Source of the DNA: an uncultured Clostridia bacterium
Lineage (GTDB): Bacteria > Bacillota > Clostridia > Lachnospirales > Lachnospiraceae
NCBI GenBank assembly: GCA_937888895.1
Contig: CALASV010000085.1
Span: forward strand, 1-33,420
DNA: 33,420 bases
Direction of reading: 5' to 3'
Position numbers and translations under genes: made by a program. The notes beneath the pieces were generated by a model, which was given only the letters and a program-made list of their open reading frames with translations, did not search any database and was not told the DNA's origin. Positions 16,992-24,468 of the stretch are shown in pieces; the first letter of the stretch is position 1; every line of letters starts with the position of its first letter.

Positions 16992-17876
16992 GTGTATATG
17001 ATATTTTCAGAAAAGTATTCTATTATACGAGTGTTGGAAAGTACAGAAAGTGCGAATTATTATATTGTGAAACAAAGAATACAACCAGAAAAGTTGTTTA
17101 TAGTGAATGAAATTTTTGATAAACAAAAAATAAAAGAAATTATTTCAGACTTTATGATATTAAAGCAAGAAAATAGACTTTGCGAATTTGTAGAATATTT
17201 TTCTGAAGATTCTAAGTTTTATGTAGTTTTTGAATATTTGCAAGGTTCTAGTTTGAAGGAATATATTGGGAAAAAAGAAGTTTCATTAGAACATAAGACA
17301 GAATTTTTAAAGGGTATCTTATTACAATTTATGAATTATGTGCAGTTACCTCCATTTATTCAATATTCTATGTTGTGTCCAGAAAATATTTTTTTGTATC
17401 AAAGAGAAATAAAATTTCATTATAAATTAAATTTGTCTATGGTGGGTAATAAGGAGATAGATGTTTATTCTGCCCTTACAGTATTGTTACAAGCACTATA
17501 TACAGAAGTAGAGTTACGAAAAAATACAAAACTTTTTATTATATATGAAAAGGCTGAAAAAAGACTTTATCATTCTGTAGGTGAGATTTTAAAAGATATG
17601 GAAGATGTTTTAGAAGCAAATCAAAAAAAGGTAGTAGGAAAAGAACTTTTTTTGGAAAAGAAACAAAAGGTGACACAAATAGGAATGAAAGTATTTGCAG
17701 TTTTGATTGTTGTATTAGCTATTTATACGCTTGGCGAAAGACTAATGAATTTGAATGGGGATGATGATATTATTTATCTTAATATAGATAAGATAGGTAC
17801 AGTGTTCGTAAATCCTGAATTACAAGAAGAAAGTACGACTTCTTCTGAAGTAATTTTTATAGATAATACACAATAA
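16992..17876 (+). CDS. Membrane-anchored Ser/Thr-kinase-like pseudokinase
   Basis: A Hanks-kinase scaffold is recognisable: YSIIRVLE.., hinge FYVVFEYLQGSSLKEYI, catalytic-loop remnant QYSMLCPENIFL, and DVYSALTVLLQALYT. The catalytic residues are replaced. There is no glycine loop. VAIK is FIVNEI (17098-17115). HRDLKPEN is QYSMLCPEN (17361-17387). DFG is NLS (17430-17438). One TM helix (KVFAVLIVVLAIYTLG) is followed by a ~50-aa tail. Confidence 0.5.
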   Translation: MYMIFSEKYSIIRVLESTESANYYIVKQRIQPEKLFIVNEIFDKQKIKEIISDFMILKQENRLCEFVEYFSEDSKFYVVFEYLQGSSLKEYIGKKEVSLEHKTEFLKGILLQFMNYVQLPPFIQYSMLCPENIFLYQREIKFHYKLNLSMVGNKEIDVYSALTVLLQALYTEVELRKNTKLFIIYEKAEKRLYHSVGEILKDMEDVLEANQKKVVGKELFLEKKQKVTQIGMKVFAVLIVVLAIYTLGERLMNLNGDDDIIYLNIDKIGTVFVNPELQEESTTSSEVIFIDNTQ

Positions 17877-17898
17877 TTACAATAGCTGGAGGTATATT

Positions 17899-20601
17899 GT
17901 GAAGAAAAAAGGGTTTATTATAGGCATATTGTTACTTAGTGTTTTGATAACGCTTGGAATTGTATTTCATGTAAGAGTTAGTAATATTGAGGAAACATTA
18001 AATTTTTATGTTACAGAAGATAAAGAATTTTTTTACTTTAATGAAACTTCTTTATATGGATTAAAAGAAAATGGGCAAATTTTTTATGAAGTTGAAAAAG
18101 AAAAAGATACTCAATGGTATGAATTAGCAGTAGATGGAAATTGTAATATTTATGTATTAGAGGAAGAATATTATGGAAATGAAAAAGTAGGTAGTAGTGT
18201 AAGAGTTTATTATGCAAATGGGTCAATAGAGAAACTATATGAAACTAAAATAGGAACATTGTCCAATATAGATTATAAGAATGGTTTTATTACTACTTTT
18301 ATTTTGGATGAAAATAAAAATCAAATAAAGCTTTGGAAGTATGATGTGAAACGAAAGACTTCTACAGAATTTATGTATGAATTGCAAAAACCACAAGAAA
18401 TTATAGAGATAGTGTATACTACGGAAGGTGATATTTATTATTTGACATCAGAAGCACAGTTGTGTGTCATTACTTCTGATAATGAATATTTAGAAATAGC
18501 GTTGGATTATGGAAATGGAGAAATTATTATTCCATGTTTAGATGGTGGATTTTCTACAGATTTAGATGGAAATGTATATTTTACAGATGGTTATAACTTG
18601 GAATTTGTAAGGTATAATCCCAAAAAGAATGTAGTAGAGAAAGTATATGAAAGAGAAGATAGTGTTACAAATCAGTATGCTTTTTATGAACTTCGATATA
18701 TGCGTTATATGGGAAGTATATTGACAGCAGTAAGTCCTTATGTCTTTAGTAGTAGTTCTTTTGATGGGGCTGATTTTTATTTAATTGTAGATTCTTTTTC
18801 CAATAGTACTACGATATCAGAAAAAAGTGAGATGGTTTCTGTCATAATCAGAACAGCAATTCTTTCTTTTTTTATTAGTATAGTAGGGATTTCGATTTTT
18901 ATATTGTTCGGATATAGTATTATATATATTATTAAAAATTTAAGAAGTCTTTTGTTGAAACAAGTATTAATCATTATACCATTGACAATAGTTGTTATAT
19001 TGATTGTTGTTACAAGTTTAAAATCAAAAATATTTGAAGTATTGGAAAAAGATGCTTATTCGCAATTGTATACATTAACAACTTCTATTATTAAAATGAT
19101 TGATACAGAGGAGTTTGAGAAAGTAAATTTTCCAAGAGAACATCAAGAAAGTTATTATAAAGAAGTAGATACTATGATTAATCTAAATATGGAAGAGTTT
19201 CATGAACTTTTTCCAGATATTTTAGAAAAAAATTTATATTATTCTTTGTATGTTGTTCAAAATGGATATTCTTATGTTTGTTATGAAAATGCAGTAAGTT
19301 CTGTAGAAGAAAGACAGCAAATTGGGTTAAGAGAAGAATTATATAATCCTATTACAGAAGATTGGTATTTATTCCAAGACCCAAATAATCATACTTATGT
19401 AGAACATAGTAGTGACGATGAATGGTTTTATTATGCTAGAATCATTACAAATAAGGAAAATAAAATTATTGGATATTTAGAAGTTGGTTTTGATAAGTAT
19501 GTCTTTGAACAAGAAGTAGAAAAAATAGGAAATGAAGTTAGTTTCTTTGTTGTAATTTTACTTGTTATAATGGTATGTTTCATTATGTTTAGTTTACATC
19601 AGTCTTTAAAAAATCTTCGAGTTTTGAAAGCAGGTGTGGCAGAAGTTTCAGATGGACATTGGACAACAACCGTAGATATTCATTCGAATGATGAAATGGA
19701 AGATATAGGTAATGCATTTAATAAAATGTCCTATCGAGTAAGTAAGTATTTAGATTCGATTGTAAAATTAAATATAGCTTATGAAAGATTTGTACCAAAT
19801 AAGATTTTTCATTTATTAGGAAAAGAAACTATTTTAGATGTAAAATTAGGTGATAAAGTTATTAGAAAACTAAGTATTATGTCAGTTTCTATAGAACGAT
19901 TAGAAGAAATGGATAGAACGGAAATGGGAGAAAAGTTTGAACTTATCAATCAAATACTTGGAGATATTGCGAGTATTATTAATGATTATTCTGGTATTAT
20001 TGAAACATTTCAAGGTTCTTCGATTCGTGCTATTTATATAAATTCTGTAGATGAAGCAATTGATACAGCATTACATATTATAGAAAAAGTAAATAATTAT
20101 CAAGCGAAAGAATTGATTAATTTAAGTGTTAATGTGCAGTATGGTGATGCAATTCTTGGTGTAGTGGGAGATGAAGATAGATTAGATACTACGATTGTGT
20201 CAGATGATGTAGATTTTGTCTATACATTGGATAAATTTTCTACTTCTAATCAAACAAAATTGCTTGTAACAAAAGAAGTTTATGAAAAAATTATAGATAA
20301 ACCAAAGTATAATTTTAGATATGTTGGTAAGTTAGAACAAACAAATACAAATCGAATTGTGGATTTATATGACTTAGTTGATGCGTATTCTTTCTATGAT
20401 AAGACAAATAAATTGTTAACAAAAGAACTTTTCGAAAAGGGAGTGGAATTATTTATTTTAGGTAATTTTACAGAAGCTAGAAAACAGTTTATTGATGTAA
20501 TTCGCATTGATTCTAATGATGAAGTGGCAAAGATGTATTTATTTTTATGTGATGAATATAGAAATAAAACAGTAGAACATTGGAAAGGAATCCTCAATTA
20601 A
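17899..20601 (+). CDS. Multi-pass receptor: N-terminal propeller-like ectodomain, TM bundle, second ectodomain, HAMP, degenerate class III nucleotidyl-cyclase homology domain, TPR-like tail
   Basis: An N-terminal TM/signal segment is followed by repeated DGN.Y motifs (DGNCNIYVL, EGDIYYLTS, DGNVYFTDG). Hydrophobic helices lie around nt 18840-19020 and 19545-19595. HAMP is LRVLKAGVAEVSDGHWTTTVDIHSNDEMEDIGNAFNKM (about 19597-19750). The cyclase-like core spans about 19788-20385. Its metal-binding Asp positions read as Ser (SVSIE, about 19882-19896; GSS, 20014-20022). The GDxVNxASR motif reads SDDVDFVYTLD. The tail FEKGVELFILGNFTEARKQFIDVIRIDSNDEVAKMYL is typical of HAMP-cyclases. Confidence 0.6.
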   Translation: MKKKGFIIGILLLSVLITLGIVFHVRVSNIEETLNFYVTEDKEFFYFNETSLYGLKENGQIFYEVEKEKDTQWYELAVDGNCNIYVLEEEYYGNEKVGSSVRVYYANGSIEKLYETKIGTLSNIDYKNGFITTFILDENKNQIKLWKYDVKRKTSTEFMYELQKPQEIIEIVYTTEGDIYYLTSEAQLCVITSDNEYLEIALDYGNGEIIIPCLDGGFSTDLDGNVYFTDGYNLEFVRYNPKKNVVEKVYEREDSVTNQYAFYELRYMRYMGSILTAVSPYVFSSSSFDGADFYLIVDSFSNSTTISEKSEMVSVIIRTAILSFFISIVGISIFILFGYSIIYIIKNLRSLLLKQVLIIIPLTIVVILIVVTSLKSKIFEVLEKDAYSQLYTLTTSIIKMIDTEEFEKVNFPREHQESYYKEVDTMINLNMEEFHELFPDILEKNLYYSLYVVQNGYSYVCYENAVSSVEERQQIGLREELYNPITEDWYLFQDPNNHTYVEHSSDDEWFYYARIITNKENKIIGYLEVGFDKYVFEQEVEKIGNEVSFFVVILLVIMVCFIMFSLHQSLKNLRVLKAGVAEVSDGHWTTTVDIHSNDEMEDIGNAFNKMSYRVSKYLDSIVKLNIAYERFVPNKIFHLLGKETILDVKLGDKVIRKLSIMSVSIERLEEMDRTEMGEKFELINQILGDIASIINDYSGIIETFQGSSIRAIYINSVDEAIDTALHIIEKVNNYQAKELINLSVNVQYGDAILGVVGDEDRLDTTIVSDDVDFVYTLDKFSTSNQTKLLVTKEVYEKIIDKPKYNFRYVGKLEQTNTNRIVDLYDLVDAYSFYDKTNKLLTKELFEKGVELFILGNFTEARKQFIDVIRIDSNDEVAKMYLFLCDEYRNKTVEHWKGILN

Positions 20602-20621
20602 TAATCAGAGAAGGTGTATAT

Positions 20622-22418
20622 ATGGACTTGATAAAGCAGATAAAAAATGCCTTGAGTACTACGCTACAATCTTATGAAACAAGAATAAGAACTTATGTTG
20701 CAAAGTTTACAAATAAGTCAGCAAAGCAAACGAAGTTAAATAAGCAAGTAAGAGAAGTAACTCAGCAAGTAATAAAATATATTGGTGGTAAGCCCGAAAG
20801 TTTAAAAGACTATTTAAAGTTCGGAGAATGGTATATTTCTAAAATACTGTTATTGCGTATTTTAGCTGTTATAGTTGTTCTTGTTCTTTTGGTGATTTAT
20901 GTTGGGATTCCGTTTTTATCAGGGAAATTATGGGCTTCTAAAGTTGTGGTTAACACGCCAGAATATCATACAGCAAGTGGAAAAGTGGAAGTATTTCGTA
21001 GTGATAATGTTCTTTTATATAAAGGAACTATGGAAGATGGTAGAATTACGGGTATAGGAGAAGTATATAGTGGTAATTTGTTAGTATATGCTGGTGATTT
21101 TGTGAATGCAAAGTATCATGGAGAAGGAAAGCTTTATCAAAAAGATGGTTTATTGTATGAAGGTGACTTTGTAGATAATTTATATCATGGTATGGGAGTA
21201 CTATATTATCCAAATGGAACAATCCAATTTGAAGGGACATTTGAAAAAGGATTGTATCATGGAGAAGGTACTCTCTACAATGAGAATGGTACTTTAAAGT
21301 ATATGGGAAAATGGACAGAGGGTACTTATGATGTGAATGGAAAAATTCACAATGAAAATGGTGTACTTCAATATGAAGGAGATTTGACATTAGGAAAGCC
21401 AAATGGAATAGGAACACAATATGATGAAATAGGAAAGATAAAGTATACAGGTTCATTTGTAGAAGGAATTTATGAAGGCAAAGGTATTCTTTACAGAGAA
21501 GATGGTAGTATAGAGTATGAAGGAAATTTTGCTGAAGGTAAATTTGATGGAAATGGTAAATTGTATTATGAAAATGGAACTTTACAATATGAAGGAAATT
21601 TTGTAGATAATACATTTGATGGTACGGGTAAATTGTATCAAGAAGATGGTACAATTTTGTATGAAGGAACATTTTCTAATAATAATTATGAAGGAGCTGG
21701 AAAATTATACGGAGAAAATGGTGCTTTACGATATGAAGGAACTTTTGTAGATAATGTATTTGAAGGAAATGGAGCATTATATACAGAAGAAGGAAAACTA
21801 CTTTATACTGGAGAATTTGAGGATAATACTTTTTCTGGAAATGGAACATTGTATTCGGAGGAAACAGGTAGAGAACTATATACAGGAGAATTTTCAGAAG
21901 GTGTATTTAGTGGAACAGGAACTTTATATAATGAAAAAGGACAAGATATTTATACAGGAAGTTATTATGCAGGAGAAATAGATTTTCCAAAATTTTGCGA
22001 TGTAGAACAACGTAAAGTGAAAGAAGTATTTGGAGAAGAAGATGAACTTATTTTACTTGATTATACGTTTTTATTAAGCTATGAAGATTTTGAAGTATTG
22101 TTTGAATTTGATTATGTATATGAAGAAACTGCTCCTGTTGTAAGTAAGATAAAGATGTTTGGTACTTCTGAAATAGATGGAGTAGCAAATGGAAAGTCTA
22201 TGGTAGAAGTAAAAGAAAAGTTTTCAGAAGGAAGTTTTTCAGAGTATACATTTGTTGCAGGGGAAGAAGATGTCATATTTTTTAATTATGCAGGTGAGAA
22301 TGTAAAAGTAGGAAAGAGTATCTATAGTATGAAATATATTTTGGAAAATTATTATATTCGAGCGTATGCACTAGAAGAACAAGGAGAAATTATTTATTAT
22401 GAAATAGGAGGTTTTTAA
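20622..22418 (+). CDS. Single-pass membrane protein with about 13 tandem MORN repeats
   Basis: ATG 20622, with GAGAAGGTG upstream, is preferred over TTG 20580, which lies inside the preceding gene. A K-rich N-terminus is followed by the TM helix ILLLRILAVIVVLVLLVIYVGIPFL. Then come 23-24-aa repeats of the form Y.G.F.(D/E)(N/G).(Y/F).G.G.LY.E.G. (for example LLYEGDFVDNLYHGMGVLYYPNGT). The ~150-aa C-terminal domain is unassigned. Confidence 0.8.
   Translation: MDLIKQIKNALSTTLQSYETRIRTYVAKFTNKSAKQTKLNKQVREVTQQVIKYIGGKPESLKDYLKFGEWYISKILLLRILAVIVVLVLLVIYVGIPFLSGKLWASKVVVNTPEYHTASGKVEVFRSDNVLLYKGTMEDGRITGIGEVYSGNLLVYAGDFVNAKYHGEGKLYQKDGLLYEGDFVDNLYHGMGVLYYPNGTIQFEGTFEKGLYHGEGTLYNENGTLKYMGKWTEGTYDVNGKIHNENGVLQYEGDLTLGKPNGIGTQYDEIGKIKYTGSFVEGIYEGKGILYREDGSIEYEGNFAEGKFDGNGKLYYENGTLQYEGNFVDNTFDGTGKLYQEDGTILYEGTFSNNNYEGAGKLYGENGALRYEGTFVDNVFEGNGALYTEEGKLLYTGEFEDNTFSGNGTLYSEETGRELYTGEFSEGVFSGTGTLYNEKGQDIYTGSYYAGEIDFPKFCDVEQRKVKEVFGEEDELILLDYTFLLSYEDFEVLFEFDYVYEETAPVVSKIKMFGTSEIDGVANGKSMVEVKEKFSEGSFSEYTFVAGEEDVIFFNYAGENVKVGKSIYSMKYILENYYIRAYALEEQGEIIYYEIGGF
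21010..21980 (+). repeat. Tandem coding repeat array (MORN units, about 69-72 nt period)
   Basis: There are about 13-14 in-frame degenerate copies. They also generate the spurious antisense ORF 21046-21672 and the alternate-frame ORF 21754-21981. Confidence 0.8.
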
Positions 22419-22420
22419 GA

Positions 22421-24460
22421 ATGTGGAGAAAAATAGTAGCTTTTTTATTATTTGTTTGTATTCTGTTTTCAGAAACCTCCTTTATTGCCTATGCAAAACA
22501 AAGGAATTTCACAGTAGATAATGTGATTGATATGGCAATCGAACATAGCGAAGGGGCACAAAGTGCTACGATAGAAAAAATAAAAAAGGAAATCGAATTA
22601 CAACAGGCAAAAGATGCAATTAAAGATATTAGAAAAAATGAAAGCACAATTCGATTTTCTTTATTATTTAATATTAAATTTCCAGAGAAGCATGGTATGC
22701 CAAAAGAAATTGAATTAGTGACAAAAGTTCCACAAATTCAGACAGAAATCGCTATTTTAAAAGAACAAGTAGAGTATGAAAGGTTAAATTCCTCCTTACA
22801 GGCACAACTTGCTTTTTATGATGTATTACAATTGGAATATGAAGTACAGTTTTATGAAGAACGATTGGAAGATAGCAAAAAGCTATTAGAAGCAACAGAA
22901 GCAAAATTTAAAACAGGAAATGGAAAAAAGGAAGATGTTGACTACATAAAAGGTCTTGTCAAAGAGTATGAGAGTGGTTTAAATAGTGCGATTACTTCAT
23001 TAGACCGAAAAAAAGAGAAGCTCGGTGATTTGATAGGAGTAGATGTTAGAGTTGGTTATACATTTACTGAATATTTGCCAGAAGCAACAATTACTCGTTC
23101 TCAGTTGACCGATATTATTTCGTATGCCAAAAAAAATGATTTTAATCTTTATAAAGCAACACAAGACCGTAAGTATGCAGAAAAAGAAGTAGAAGAAGTA
23201 CTTAGTGTATATCGTAGTAAATATTCTAAATATATTGGTGATATAGAAGCGTATATTAAGGCAAATGAAGGCAAGACAATGGATTATGATGTATTTATTC
23301 AAAAATATAATCATGCATTAACACAGATGGATAGTCCTTGGTATGGTGTTTATGTCATTAATTTATTATTCTTTAAAATAAAAATTCCAAAGGAATGGTT
23401 TAAAGGGACATATTCTGGTACTAGGTACATGGAAGATGAAAAATATGCGTTATTTATTTCTTTAGTAGATAGAGATAAGGCAAGAACAGAAGAAAAAAAT
23501 GTAGAAAAAGCTTTAGTAAGTAGTATTAAAGACTCTTATGAAACATTAAAACAAATGGAAAATGCATTTGAAACAGCCAAAGAAAGTTTAAAAAGTGCAG
23601 AAGAATCGTATGCAACTGCTTTAAAAGAAAATAAATTAGGATTAACTACATTTTCTACATTAGAATCGATGCGTGCTGGTATGTATGAAACGCAAAAAAG
23701 TTTATATGAAATGCAAATCGAATACGCAAAGGCATTAGCAAACTTTGATTTTATGACAAGTGGTTATGTGAGCGATTTACTTGTAGGTGGAGAAAGTGTT
23801 GAAGGAGATTATGAAGCAGGGTCTACATTTGCAGATGAATTTGGAGAGGAAGCAACAGATACCGTAGCACCAACTTGGTATATAAAGACAAGTGCTAGTG
23901 ATTATAAGTTTACGTTTGGAATTTCCGTACCTTCAGATTATGATGTGAATTACTATGAACTTTACTACAATAATATGTTAATTGGTAGTAAGACAAAAAC
24001 TTCGAAAACATTAGTGCATTTGGCATTGACTTATGAAGATTCTTCTCAGCTTTGTTTAAAATTGTATAAGGATACTAAGTTAAAGTATATTGCTTACTTT
24101 GATGGTGGAGATTATGGTGGTGAATTACAATTGCAAAAAGCAGAAAGTGCAAAATCACCATTAGAGGAGGAAAATATTCCAGTAGGACAATGGAGTTTTG
24201 TAAAAGCAGATACATTACGAAGCGAGTTTAGTTTTGCTGTAAATGGAGAGTATGAATATGATACCTATACGATTTGGTATAAGGACACAGTACTTGCAGA
24301 AGTAGAGAAAGATAAAACATGGAAAACTCTAAACTTATATTTTGCTGATGTGGAAAATATAACAATTAAGATTAGTAAGAACGGGAAGGAAGTAAGAAGT
24401 TTTCGATTGGAGCAGACAGAAGAAGGAATGGGCAATGTACTTTCTGGTTCAAAGGAGTGA
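22421..24460 (+). CDS. Secreted TolC-like (outer membrane efflux protein family-like) protein with two C-terminal beta-sandwich-like repeats
   Basis: The signal peptide is MWRKIVAFLLFVCILFSETSFIAYA. The N-terminal FTVDNVIDMAIEHSEGAQSATIEKIKKEIELQQAKDAI, then GKKEDVDYIKGLVKEYESGLNSAITSLDRKKEKLGDLIG, then LTTFSTLESMRAGMYETQKSLYEMQIEYAKALANFDFMTSGY follow the duplicated TolC/OEP helical pattern. Two related ~90-aa modules follow at about 23872-24150 and 24180-24420. Confidence 0.5.
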   Translation: MWRKIVAFLLFVCILFSETSFIAYAKQRNFTVDNVIDMAIEHSEGAQSATIEKIKKEIELQQAKDAIKDIRKNESTIRFSLLFNIKFPEKHGMPKEIELVTKVPQIQTEIAILKEQVEYERLNSSLQAQLAFYDVLQLEYEVQFYEERLEDSKKLLEATEAKFKTGNGKKEDVDYIKGLVKEYESGLNSAITSLDRKKEKLGDLIGVDVRVGYTFTEYLPEATITRSQLTDIISYAKKNDFNLYKATQDRKYAEKEVEEVLSVYRSKYSKYIGDIEAYIKANEGKTMDYDVFIQKYNHALTQMDSPWYGVYVINLLFFKIKIPKEWFKGTYSGTRYMEDEKYALFISLVDRDKARTEEKNVEKALVSSIKDSYETLKQMENAFETAKESLKSAEESYATALKENKLGLTTFSTLESMRAGMYETQKSLYEMQIEYAKALANFDFMTSGYVSDLLVGGESVEGDYEAGSTFADEFGEEATDTVAPTWYIKTSASDYKFTFGISVPSDYDVNYYELYYNNMLIGSKTKTSKTLVHLALTYEDSSQLCLKLYKDTKLKYIAYFDGGDYGGELQLQKAESAKSPLEEENIPVGQWSFVKADTLRSEFSFAVNGEYEYDTYTIWYKDTVLAEVEKDKTWKTLNLYFADVENITIKISKNGKEVRSFRLEQTEEGMGNVLSGSKE

Positions 24461-24468
24461 AAAGAGGT

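Noticed and set aside
19788-20385. An active adenylate/guanylate cyclase producing a second messenger (cyclic-nucleotide-based signalling or a defence system).
   Set aside because: By eye, the metal-binding Asp pair and the Asn/Arg transition-state residues are substituted. I therefore call it a cyclase homology domain of doubtful activity. A profile alignment is needed to be sure.
20580-20621. Upstream non-ATG starts proposed by the ORF track: TTG 20580, TTG 30742, TTG 31877, ATG 6592, GTG 24457 and GTG 3713.
   Set aside because: Each lies inside or abuts the preceding gene without a properly spaced SD. An in-frame start a few codons downstream has a good SD (20622, 30757, 31892, 6625, 24469, 3722). 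These remain predictions.
21046-21672. 208-aa minus-strand ORF, the longest antisense ORF in the window.
   Set aside because: It is the mirror image of the MORN repeat array. Its periodic H/Y/L-rich sequence arises from the repeat structure, which suppresses stop codons on the opposite strand.
21010-21980. The periodic ~70-nt DNA repeats as a possible CRISPR array or other non-coding tandem repeat.
   Set aside because: The copies are degenerate and contiguous, with no unique spacers. They are in frame within one ORF and encode a recognisable protein repeat.
21754-21981. 75-aa + strand ORF in an alternate frame inside the MORN gene.
   Set aside because: It is repetitive (MEHYIQKK / MEHCIRRK) because it reads the same DNA repeats out of frame. 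It has no RBS and overlaps a well-supported gene.
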